64,000 bases of DNA, taken from positions 51,600 to 115,599 of the forward strand of contig MFLT01000001.1 of assembly GCA_001781415.1 (NCBI GenBank), read 5' to 3'. The stretch is from Candidatus Kaiserbacteria bacterium RIFCSPLOWO2_01_FULL_45_25 (GTDB lineage Bacteria > Patescibacteriota > Minisyncoccia > Phycocordibacterales > UBA918). Shown one piece after another: positions 27,901 to 36,061 of this stretch. Positions within the stretch are counted from its first letter, which is position 1. Each line of letters begins with the position of its first letter. A program made the position numbers and the translations under genes. The notes under the pieces are model-generated. The model worked only from the letters and a program-made list of their open reading frames with translations, had not been told where the DNA came from and searched no databases.

Positions 27901-29087
27901 TACCAGCACCGGTTTGTGAAGCTGAGGTGGACTTGCTTACAAACGGTTCATTTGAAGATCCAGTAGTTACCAATAGTGGATTGTGGCAAAAATTCCCTAG
28001 TGTGACTGGTTGGTTGATTCAAAAAGTGGCAGATTTAACCGCCACTACACTTGAAATTCATAAAGGCTGGAGCGGTAATCAAGCCGCTGCTGGACTGCAG
28101 TATGTGGAGCTAGATGGTGACCATAGTACACAAGTTAGTCAGACTGTAGCAGTAATTCCTGGCGAAACCTATGACTTATCATGGGCTTTTGCTCCACGAC
28201 AAAACATCGCTGCTGAACAAAATCAGCTTGGAGTTTATGTTGATGGTGTACAAGTGGAGTCAGATGGACCAAGCTCAATTGGTACCGCTCTAACTATTGC
28301 TGATTGGCAAAATGGTACTGTGAGTTTTGTAGCCACAACCAGTTCAGTAACTATCTCTATGGTTGATGCTGGGCCAAGTAATTCATTTGGTACTTTCCTT
28401 GATGATGTATCGCTTAAGTGTAATCCAGATGGTGGAGATGATGAGGGTGATGGAGACGGTGATAATGACGAAGATGATACTTATCGTCTAGAGGGATATA
28501 TCTGGAATGACGACGATAGAAACACTCTGTGGGGTGAAGGTGAGCTTTCACTCGCTGGTTGGACTGTAACAGCCACCAAGGGTGCAACTACCTACTCAAC
28601 AACTACTGATGAGTCTGGCTACTACTACTTTGATGTACCAGCTGGTACCTGGACTATTTCTCAAGAAGTTCAAACTGATTGGGAACAAACCACGACTCCT
28701 GAATCATATGAGGTAATTGTGCCATCTCTAGTAACTCAAAGTTTGGTAGAACGAGTATTGGCGTACATTATCCCAGTAGCACACGCTGCAGTTGTAGAAA
28801 TAATCGATGACCTAGACTTTGGTAATGATTTTATTGGTACTACACCAAATCCTACTTCAAACGGTGGTGGCGGTGGCGGAGGTGGACGACTAGTTCGATC
28901 TACTCCAACCGTAGCTGGAGATTCAATCTCTACACCAACACCAATGCCGCTAGTATTGGGTGAGCAGGTATCAGTAGTGCCTTATGGTGCTCCTGGTACA
29001 GGACATGGTGGAACTTCTTCATCTATGAACGTTCTATCATTATTACAAATCCTTTTTACTAACCGAAAGACAGAACTCGTTAAGTAA
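24930..29087 (+). CDS. Large (1385 aa) secreted multidomain surface protein with candidate C-terminal sorting signal
   Basis: Signal peptide, acidic region, repeated prealbumin/Cna-B-like modules (GWEMTL../GWTVTATKG..YYFDVPAGTWTISQ), poly-Gly, then hydrophobic stretch plus a Lys/Arg-containing tail NRKTELVK. Confidence 0.6.
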   Translation: MNNLYVQNSSLARLWAALTMLAVVLSAFSAPFSVFAQEVPEVVDPTPIVDPAPTDLPDGDVDGDEDEGDGLPTTGEESLRTFNMSTPNGGPSPKVTICHANESNEQANNPFTDNDVDEDGLNGHGDHADDIIPVTDDFPNGQNLTTVYAEFGGLTGQQILDDECDTPEKEVKISITKIICEDETLLPNDGYTEITAATAANFLAENPSCYEGEGFEFQWAKGGVNTTEDNSGELGSPWTTTDETDSNGNVVITLSEKDVKNQSKISVREVWSADYIPFTGKNGSNVSAELYCANDAANFDNLEWVGQNGTLALDETYHCVAWNVPVLEEIEMCKFNALEAPIAGWEMTLTNGDQSYTLETGENGCVSKMVNPNIGPWTTSEEMQKDWEQVDVSVQNGFIDTEDEVTEYCVFFDGEVKLPITNFVEIPDTDKSCTFTNEYVEPCEDKLDGDWANSVVTSDQGLKKNGAAITDPNRTDDEKVLGVEDWVVNGSTGFFSLGFGGSVTVEFDNFVPNVLGNDIAVYEATNGTYPAETAKVEVSQNGTDWEEVGTASNLNVDRISNFDFDSTGLAWIKFVRVTDTSNPALHVNDADGFDVDAISATESLCDEPEGPKFSDVTMCKIDGNQNALSGWNLMLLGAEVDTVSVSATNGAGTDVALAAGPYVAIASGTWENHRTPLNTVDAEYSTEDNWATNMDGFTGYGTEILELKVGGAFGDWGVYNSLHRYARAFAQVADGVTNFAVSDSYYGDNTGSLNVAVYEGYAGLTGANGCVVFEDVPFGTYNVDEIMQDGWLNASGLGEVTVDSETESFTVINRPVDTPAEEVATVVAHKIVCTDEAELPNWGAANLNNISSSTAADWVATHDSCEFEAGWEFEWAPQGTSNPDNNLPTSGLYGAAGGSWTTFGPTDVNGKTQVSLSAAQIAGMSNIWMREVLKDGYIPFTYGPGNLTNEDDYSAEIYCHTDALNYDNYDRVDGIAVDNTYYCVAWNHAEVPAPVCEAEVDLLTNGSFEDPVVTNSGLWQKFPSVTGWLIQKVADLTATTLEIHKGWSGNQAAAGLQYVELDGDHSTQVSQTVAVIPGETYDLSWAFAPRQNIAAEQNQLGVYVDGVQVESDGPSSIGTALTIADWQNGTVSFVATTSSVTISMVDAGPSNSFGTFLDDVSLKCNPDGGDDEGDGDGDNDEDDTYRLEGYIWNDDDRNTLWGEGELSLAGWTVTATKGATTYSTTTDESGYYYFDVPAGTWTISQEVQTDWEQTTTPESYEVIVPSLVTQSLVERVLAYIIPVAHAAVVEIIDDLDFGNDFIGTTPNPTSNGGGGGGGGRLVRSTPTVAGDSISTPTPMPLVLGEQVSVVPYGAPGTGHGGTSSSMNVLSLLQILFTNRKTELVK

Positions 29088-29103
29088 TTAGTGAAAGTAC
29101 AAC

Positions 29104-29134
29104 AAAAGCCCGTTGCCGCAGGCAACGGGCTTTT
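29104..29134 (+). terminator. Rho-independent terminator
   Basis: GCCCGTTGCC-gca-GGCAACGGGC plus TTTT. Confidence 0.75.
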
Positions 29135-29177
29135 GTCTTGCTAAATGAATTAAATAAGCCTACTATTAAAACGTTAT

Positions 29178-29819
29178 ATGGACACTAAGGCAAAAACTGA
29201 CGTAATAGTAAAGGCAGTCACCTCGCGGCGAGGCAGGGCCCTACTATTTGGTGTTATCGTCGGCTCCCTAATTGGCCTATATCTATTTACTACCGATAAT
29301 CAGCCAACTGCAGAGTTGGTGGTTGAGGAGGCAGCAGCGCCACAAGAAGCGTATGCTTTGGCTCCATCAGAACCAACTAGGTTGCGGATTCCTAAGCTAG
29401 ATATTGATACTACTTTTGTGCCGCCGCTAGGTTTACTACCAAACGGTGAAGTGGCCGTGCCTGATTCTGATACAGAAGTAGGTTGGTATAAACACAGCCC
29501 AACTCCTGGCGCTCTTGGACCGGCGGTTATTTTGGGACATATAGATTCATATACTGGTCCAGCCGTGTTTTTCTATCTAGGCCAACTTGAACCTGGTGAC
29601 GATGTGTTTGTAGATCGTGCTGACGGCAGCACCGCTCACTTCAAGGTAGAGTCACTGGAACGACCACGTCAGTCTGAGTTTCCAACGGAGCGAGTGTATG
29701 GAAATATTGATCATGCTGGCTTACGACTCATTACTTGTTCGGGTATTTATGTAAAGGGTAATCAACGCTACACCCACAATTTGGTAGTGTACGCACGTTT
29801 GGTAAGTGAGGGTGGTTAA
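29178..29819 (+). CDS. Sortase family transpeptidase (class E/F-like), membrane anchored
   Basis: N-terminal TM, catalytic His (VILGHID), TLxTC-type Cys (LRLITC), conserved Arg. Confidence 0.75.
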   Translation: MDTKAKTDVIVKAVTSRRGRALLFGVIVGSLIGLYLFTTDNQPTAELVVEEAAAPQEAYALAPSEPTRLRIPKLDIDTTFVPPLGLLPNGEVAVPDSDTEVGWYKHSPTPGALGPAVILGHIDSYTGPAVFFYLGQLEPGDDVFVDRADGSTAHFKVESLERPRQSEFPTERVYGNIDHAGLRLITCSGIYVKGNQRYTHNLVVYARLVSEGG

Positions 29820-29842
29820 TTTGTTGCTATAATACACACATT

Positions 29843-31024
29843 ATGAATTGGCGTAGATTATTCCTTCCAAGTGCCGAAAACGACTATACACCGCACCTGC
29901 TTCAGCGGGCGGCGGTGGTTATGATGGCGGTATTAGTACTGCTGTCTTTTGTTGCTACAAATCTACAGGCACTCTTGTGGCAGTCTTCTGATTGGTTGGT
30001 TGGAACTATTCTGCCAGCTGTAGTGGTGGATTTAACCAATGAAGAGCGAGCCGATGAGGCAGCTGTACCCTTGGTACGAAATTCACTGCTAGATGAGGCT
30101 GCCCGTCTTAAGGCTGAGCATATGGCCAAGAACAGCTACTTTGCACACCATAGTCCAGACGGCGTATCACCATGGTATTGGTTTGAACGGGTGGGCTACA
30201 CTTATGCTCATGCTGGTGAAAATCTAGCTATTCATTTTACTGATTCCAGTGCAGTAGTAGAGGCTTGGATGCAGTCTCCGACCCATCGAGCTAATATTGT
30301 AAATAATAACTACACTGAGATTGGTGTCGGTACAGCTAAAGGAACGTATGATGGCTTTTCAACCGTGTTTGTGGTTCAGCTCTTTGGTACACCAGCCGCG
30401 CCAGTAGTGGCCCCTGCACCCGCACCGGCCGTAACTCCAGCTCCAGTGGCGGTAGTGGCGCCAACACCAGTGCCAGCACCGCTCACTACAGAAGAAGTGG
30501 AGGAAACTCCAGCCGTAGAGCTGGTCCGAGCTCCTGAACCGGCCTTTGCTGCCGATACTCCAGTAGAAGTGCTGGGTAGTACTGAAGATGTAACTGAAGT
30601 TGAGGCTGCTCCAGCCCCAGCGGCTGAGGAGTCAGTAGTGCCAGAACAAATAGAGGTAGCTGAAGTGGTTACAGATGCTTCACAAACTTCAATCTTTTCA
30701 ACACACTTTGCGACCAGTTCTGGATTGGAACCAGTCAGTATTGGAAGTGTGAGCGGCACCACCGCAGATAATTTTTCATTTGTTGAAGTAGCAGCTACCC
30801 AACCAAGTACTATTTTGCAGGCGGTGTACTTAGGTATTGGAATGTTAGTAGCGACTCTCCTGCTCCTCTCAATAATTATTGGTATTAATCACACGAGACC
30901 ACTGCAGGTGGTTTATGGTGTGGGACTTATGTTGCTCATGAGTGGATTGTTTTATCTACATGTAACCCTCACTACTAGTGTAGTGATTGCTGCTACTCCG
31001 GACGTTGTTGAATTAGTCCCATAA
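29843..31024 (+). CDS. CAP/SCP/PR1-like domain protein with Pro/Ala/Val-rich linker and C-terminal TM segments
   Basis: YFAHHSPDG ... HAGENLA ... WMQSPTHRANI CAP signature; PAxPV repeats. Confidence 0.6.
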   Translation: MNWRRLFLPSAENDYTPHLLQRAAVVMMAVLVLLSFVATNLQALLWQSSDWLVGTILPAVVVDLTNEERADEAAVPLVRNSLLDEAARLKAEHMAKNSYFAHHSPDGVSPWYWFERVGYTYAHAGENLAIHFTDSSAVVEAWMQSPTHRANIVNNNYTEIGVGTAKGTYDGFSTVFVVQLFGTPAAPVVAPAPAPAVTPAPVAVVAPTPVPAPLTTEEVEETPAVELVRAPEPAFAADTPVEVLGSTEDVTEVEAAPAPAAEESVVPEQIEVAEVVTDASQTSIFSTHFATSSGLEPVSIGSVSGTTADNFSFVEVAATQPSTILQAVYLGIGMLVATLLLLSIIIGINHTRPLQVVYGVGLMLLMSGLFYLHVTLTTSVVIAATPDVVELVP

Positions 31025-31027
31025 GGT

Positions 31028-31471
31028 ATGGCTACTCCTGGAGAAAGTAAGGTGGTGGCTATCTCAAGTGCCGAGAAAGGTACCTCTCAAATGCACGATT
31101 TGTATGCTACTCGTCCAGCGGCTGGGTTTCCAGCGCCTGGCGATGACTTAGTGGAAAAACCATTAGATATCAACGACCTACTAATAGACAACCCAACAGC
31201 GACGTTTTTTGTAAAAGTTGAAGGGGATTCAATGGAGGGAGCCAAGATTTTCTCTGGAGATATTTTGGTAGTAGATAGATCAATTATCCCTACAACTGGT
31301 AAGATTGTGGTGGCGGCGGTGTATGGGGAAATGGTGGTTAAGCGCCTCGTTATACAATCTAATGGCACTTTTCTCATGTCTGAAAAGGATGGATATGAGC
31401 CAATTGTGGTTAGTGATAATGATGATTGTTTTGTGTGGGGTGTGATAGTTGGGAGTGTAAGGGTACTTTAA
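31028..31471 (+). CDS. umuD: UmuD-like S24 peptidase (translesion polymerase V accessory subunit); start may be the Met at 31091
   Basis: GFPAPGDDLVEKPLDINDLLIDNPTATFFVKVEGDSM aligns closely with E. coli UmuD ([37 protein letters not shown]); Ser/Lys dyad present. Confidence 0.75.
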   Translation: MATPGESKVVAISSAEKGTSQMHDLYATRPAAGFPAPGDDLVEKPLDINDLLIDNPTATFFVKVEGDSMEGAKIFSGDILVVDRSIIPTTGKIVVAAVYGEMVVKRLVIQSNGTFLMSEKDGYEPIVVSDNDDCFVWGVIVGSVRVL

Positions 31472-31532
31472 GAAGTGTAAGATGTTCCACATACTGGCGT
31501 CATAAAAAGATAAGAGGAAATTTAAATATCAT

Positions 31533-32726
31533 ATGGTTCAAAAAATAACAAAATTCAGTCAAAGACTGGCGCTAGCAGCGCTTATTGCTGTTTTGGTAGT
31601 GCCAAGTCCGGTCACTGCTGCAACTGTGGATGTAGCAGGATGGATTCCGTGGTGGCAGGCAGAGGAAGGTATAGAGAGCGCTACCAAGAATATCGATAAA
31701 TTAGATACGGTCTATCCATTTGTCTATGAGGTGGATGAGGACGGAGATATTGAGTCAAAGACCAGCCTCACTACTCGTACCTGGAGAAACTTCTTTAAAC
31801 TGGCTGATAAGGAAGATGTAGAGATTATCCCAACCATTGCTTGGTTTGATGGAGAGCAAATTCATGAAATCCTGAGTGATAGACGTGACAGAACTGCACA
31901 CATTAATGATATTTATGACCTTGTCCAAAAAGGTAAGTACGATGGAATTAATATCGACTACGAGCAGAAGTTAGCTGAAACCAATAAATACTTTTCGCTA
32001 TTCCTTAAAGAATTAAACAAGAAACTAGGTCGCAAGCTGTTGACCTGTGCTATTGAGGCTCGGACTCCAGCAGAATCACGCTTCAAACAAGTACCAGCTG
32101 TACTTGAGTTTGCCAATGATTATGAAGAAATCGAGAAGTACTGTGACCGGATAGAAATCATGACCTACGACCAACAACGGGCGGACTTGAAATTAAACGA
32201 AGAGCGAACGGGAGTGCCATACATGCCGGTCGCTGATAAAGACTGGGTAGAAAAGGTGATTGACTTAGCGCTTGAGGATTTTTCTAGCGATAAGGTATAT
32301 CTTGGGGTTCCGACCTACGGCCGAGCTTGGGATGTAAAGGTGTCACCGAACTGGTACCGTGACTATGTGCTAGCAGGTACTCTCAACGTGCCACGTCTAC
32401 GTGAATTAACTAAAGAATATAAAGTAACAGAAGGACGCTCAGCTGGTGGTGAAGCAGTGTTTAGTTACTTCCCAACCACCTCTCCTTTTGCGCTTTTGGC
32501 TTCTCTCCCAACTCCTCCGGGAACAGCCAAGGGCTATGAGAATGCTGCCAAAGCGCTTCTATTCGCCAATATGACTGGTATGGAAGTGCCGGTAAGGTTT
32601 GCTACCTACTCAGACTCTGAGGCGATTGAAGATAAGGTTAAGTTGGCGGAAAAGCACAACTTGGCCGGCATCGCCATCTTTAAGATTGATGGGGAGGAGG
32701 ATCAGGATGTCTGGAAACTGTTTTAG
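31533..32726 (+). CDS. Secreted glycoside hydrolase family 18-like protein
   Basis: Signal peptide; YDGINIDYE (DxxDxDxE GH18 catalytic motif). Confidence 0.6.
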   Translation: MVQKITKFSQRLALAALIAVLVVPSPVTAATVDVAGWIPWWQAEEGIESATKNIDKLDTVYPFVYEVDEDGDIESKTSLTTRTWRNFFKLADKEDVEIIPTIAWFDGEQIHEILSDRRDRTAHINDIYDLVQKGKYDGINIDYEQKLAETNKYFSLFLKELNKKLGRKLLTCAIEARTPAESRFKQVPAVLEFANDYEEIEKYCDRIEIMTYDQQRADLKLNEERTGVPYMPVADKDWVEKVIDLALEDFSSDKVYLGVPTYGRAWDVKVSPNWYRDYVLAGTLNVPRLRELTKEYKVTEGRSAGGEAVFSYFPTTSPFALLASLPTPPGTAKGYENAAKALLFANMTGMEVPVRFATYSDSEAIEDKVKLAEKHNLAGIAIFKIDGEEDQDVWKLF

Positions 32727-32736
32727 AAGTATAAGA

Positions 32737-32826
32737 AAACAGCTTTATGTATCACAAGTGATACATAAAGCTGTTTTAAGAAGCATTGTAAATATAAAAA
32801 CCGCACGGCCAGGCCGTGCGGTTTTT
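32737..32826. terminator. Two bidirectional hairpins between the convergent GH18 and NUDIX genes
   Basis: Perfect palindrome CAGCTTTATGTATCAC-aa-GTGATACATAAAGCTG flanked by A/T runs; then CCGCACGGCC-a-GGCCGTGCGG plus TTTTT. Confidence 0.7.
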
Positions 32827-32830
32827 ATAT

Positions 32831-33304
32831 TTAATTCTTAATGTGTTTGGCGAAGTAATCAGACAAAGCTCGAAATACATCGTGTTTAAAAGTATCTGGC
32901 AGAGATAGCAGGTGATCAAAGGTAGACCACTTTACCTCTAGGAACTCTTTATCTACAGCTTTCTCTAAGTCTACTTCGACTCCCGGCTTTAGTTTGAGGA
33001 AGTACCACTGGTGGGCTTGCCCGAAGCAATTAGGGTCTTTGAGAGTGTGGCGGAGGTTTGGGGTGTATTCATATAGTAACCAGTCTGGGTACTTGGTGAC
33101 TTGTTCGATGTCATTTGGAGTCAGACCTGTCTCCTCCAGAAGTTCACGCCAGAGGTTTTCTTCACTGGTTTCGCCGGGGTCCATGCCACCCTGTTGGAAC
33201 TGCCAGAGGTCGGGGAAGTCGGCTCGGGAGAAGAGGAGAATCTCACCTTGGTCGTTGTAAATTACACTACCGGCTCCTACTCTGAAATACTGGTTTTGTG
33301 ACAT
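32831..33304 (-). CDS. NUDIX hydrolase (RppH-like)
   Basis: Nudix box GGMDPGETSEENLWRELLEETGL. Confidence 0.8.
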   Translation of the reverse strand: MSQNQYFRVGAGSVIYNDQGEILLFSRADFPDLWQFQQGGMDPGETSEENLWRELLEETGLTPNDIEQVTKYPDWLLYEYTPNLRHTLKDPNCFGQAHQWYFLKLKPGVEVDLEKAVDKEFLEVKWSTFDHLLSLPDTFKHDVFRALSDYFAKHIKN

Positions 33305-33331
33305 AATGGTAAGAGTGTATCACATCATTTT

Positions 33332-34588
33332 ATGAAGTATATCGCCCTCTTAGATTGTAATAATTTCTTTGTTTCGTGCGAACGGTTGTTTCGACCTGAC
33401 TTACTGGGGAAGCCGGTCGTGGTACTTTCTAGTAATGATGGCTGTGTGGTGGCACGCTCAAAAGAGATAAAAGACAGAGGGATTGGAATGGGTGTCCCTT
33501 ACTTTCAGATAAAGGACACGTTAAATGAAATAGGGGCGACAGTTTTCTCCTCACACTTCGCACTGTATCGGGACGTCTCCAGGCGTGTCTTTGAGGTGGT
33601 GCGCACCTGCCAGTCTGAGATTGAGCAGTATTCTATTGATGAATGTTTCTTCACCTTTGAATCTTACGATCCCCACACCCTAGTGGCGGCGATTAAGCAG
33701 CAGGTAGAACAGGAAGTAGGGATACCGGTTTCGATTGGAGTAGCGTCTTCAAAGACACAAGCCAAGTACGTAAATACCGTCGCCAAAAAGACAACTGGTA
33801 TTGCCATCTGGGGAGAAGAAGAGTGGGAGAGGGCCGCTGCCGATATTCGGCTTTCAGAGATTTGGGGAGTGGGCCGTGGGCGAGCTAGGCAGTTTGATGA
33901 GAAGGGAATTAGAACCGTAGCTGATTTACTCAAGTGCTCTAGATCAAGGATTGATGCCCTTTTTGGAATAGAAGGGGTGCGTTTGCAAGCAGAACTGAGA
34001 GGGGAGCCGGTCCTTGGTATTAAAGCCAGTCGGCCATTACAAAAAAGCCTGATGAGTACGCGCTCGTTTGCCAAAGAGACTAGTGATTATGATGTGCTTC
34101 TAAATGCCATCAAATACCACCTCTACCAGGTGGTTAAAGATTTAGAGAGTATGGACGCCAAAACCAACGTTATTCGCGTGATGATTACCCCAAGTCGTTA
34201 TGGTGATTATGCGTTTTATGGTGCTAGCAAGGAAGCGTTACTTACCGCCCCAACTAGAGACTTATTTACCTTACAGCAGGCCGCTGTGGGTCTATTAAAA
34301 CAATGCTTTAATCCAGAAGTACCATACAAAAAAGCCGGGGTTGTTTTATCGGGAATTTCAAGCACTGAGGCTGAAACTGGATCGTTGTTTGATAATTTTG
34401 AATCAGCAGACAATAACGGAAAAAACTCGCTGTCCGCAACGATTTTTTCTATCAATAAAAAACATGGTAAACCACTAGTGCAGCTAGGCAGTGTGAGTGG
34501 CACAAATAAAAAATGGGAGTCAAGAAAGGACGCTGTCTCACCGTCGTATACCACCAGTTGGTCTGACCTAAAGGTGGTCAGAACATAG
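33332..34588 (+). CDS. umuC: Y-family DNA polymerase UmuC (Pol V catalytic subunit)
   Basis: N-terminus LLDCNNFFVSCERLFRPDLLGKPVVVLSSNDGCVVARS almost collinear with E. coli UmuC (CDVNAFYASCETVFRPDLWGKPVVVLSNNDGCVIARN). Confidence 0.85.
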   Translation: MKYIALLDCNNFFVSCERLFRPDLLGKPVVVLSSNDGCVVARSKEIKDRGIGMGVPYFQIKDTLNEIGATVFSSHFALYRDVSRRVFEVVRTCQSEIEQYSIDECFFTFESYDPHTLVAAIKQQVEQEVGIPVSIGVASSKTQAKYVNTVAKKTTGIAIWGEEEWERAAADIRLSEIWGVGRGRARQFDEKGIRTVADLLKCSRSRIDALFGIEGVRLQAELRGEPVLGIKASRPLQKSLMSTRSFAKETSDYDVLLNAIKYHLYQVVKDLESMDAKTNVIRVMITPSRYGDYAFYGASKEALLTAPTRDLFTLQQAAVGLLKQCFNPEVPYKKAGVVLSGISSTEAETGSLFDNFESADNNGKNSLSATIFSINKKHGKPLVQLGSVSGTNKKWESRKDAVSPSYTTSWSDLKVVRT

Positions 34589-34900
34589 GCTCTTGGACAA
34601 GTGTTCTTGATGAACTATACAACCACTGTCCGCAACCTTTATTTAAAAGCTATACCGCACAACAAAATAATTAGAGTCTTGTCTGTAACTTACTGAGTTA
34701 TCAACACGAGATAACAGACACTCTGTCTCTTGTCACGGTATAATGTATGCAGACGATTGAAGTGGTGTCGTAAAAATTGGCTGAGCTTTTTCAAAAAATT
34801 CTCACGCACCTTCTCCACAGAAACTTCAGTCGGGTAGTTCTGCAAAGCTTCGTGCATCGCAAAACTTTAGTTATTTAATAAAATTTAATACAAACACAAC

Positions 34901-36013
34901 ATGTTCGTAATACCAACACACGTTGGCTTTACGCACCGGGTAGTCGCGATGCTCGTTGCGTGTGCAGTTATACTCGGTTCAATCGGAGTATATACCACAG
35001 CACAAGCAGCTAACCTTACTTTTATTAGCGACACTTTGACTGACTCAAGTCCAAGTGCACAGTCAGGACATGACATCAGTTTCACAATTGCAACTGGTTC
35101 AGCTCTGGTAAACACTGAGGACATCAGTATTACGTTTCCATCTGGATTCACTACTGTAGCTTCAACTACTGTTGGTGATATCACTGTTACAGTTGACGGG
35201 GGTGCTGATACAGCTACCAACTTCTCTGCAGTGGGACAAGTCGTTTCCTTCGATGGAATTGATGCCACCCAAGGTCAAGTGGTACGTATCGTCATTGCAG
35301 CTGATGCAATCACAAACCCAGCATCACCTCAGTCATATGAAATAGTTGTTCAGTTGGCAAACGCCGACTCAGATACTGGACGACCTCGAGTGGCGATTGT
35401 ACAAAACGTAACTGTTTCAGCAGTTGTTGAAACTACTTTCGTATTTACAGTTAATTCTACTGCTAGCTCAACCGCAATCAACGGTGAGACAACAACTGGA
35501 AGTACAACTGCTACAACTATTCCTTTCGGAGTTCTACAGGCAGATACAGAGTACACACTTGGTCAACAGCTGACCGTTCAGACTAACGCAGCTAATGGAT
35601 TTGTGGTAACTGTCGAACAAGACGGAAACCTAGAATCATCAACAGGAGCTGATATCGATGGATTCCTAAATGGTGAGTATACAAATACACCAACTGCTTG
35701 GGCTGCACCTTCAGACAGTCTCCTACAGGAAAACACCTGGGGACACTGGGGACTTACTACCAACGACTCTGACCTTGGAGGTACCTTTGGTACACCAAAC
35801 ACAGGAGAGTTTGCCAATGGCGGCAGCGGGGATCGTTGGGTCGCGGCAAGTACTACACCACGTGAGATCTTTTCACACGATGGTCCATCTGATGGAACTT
35901 CTCAAAACACAGGTCTAGCTAGTGTTGCTTACAAGGTAGAAATCACTCCACTTCAGGAAGCGGGAGATGACTACACCACAACACTCATGTACATCGCTAC
36001 TCCTACTTTCTAA
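34901..36013 (+). CDS. Hypothetical Thr/Ser-rich secreted surface protein
   Basis: N-terminal TM/signal segment, T/S/A/G-rich beta-type composition, 370 aa. Confidence 0.4.
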   Translation: MFVIPTHVGFTHRVVAMLVACAVILGSIGVYTTAQAANLTFISDTLTDSSPSAQSGHDISFTIATGSALVNTEDISITFPSGFTTVASTTVGDITVTVDGGADTATNFSAVGQVVSFDGIDATQGQVVRIVIAADAITNPASPQSYEIVVQLANADSDTGRPRVAIVQNVTVSAVVETTFVFTVNSTASSTAINGETTTGSTTATTIPFGVLQADTEYTLGQQLTVQTNAANGFVVTVEQDGNLESSTGADIDGFLNGEYTNTPTAWAAPSDSLLQENTWGHWGLTTNDSDLGGTFGTPNTGEFANGGSGDRWVAASTTPREIFSHDGPSDGTSQNTGLASVAYKVEITPLQEAGDDYTTTLMYIATPTF

Positions 36014-36061
36014 GTAAGAATACTTTGCACAACAATAAAACCACCTTCGGGTGGTTTTATT

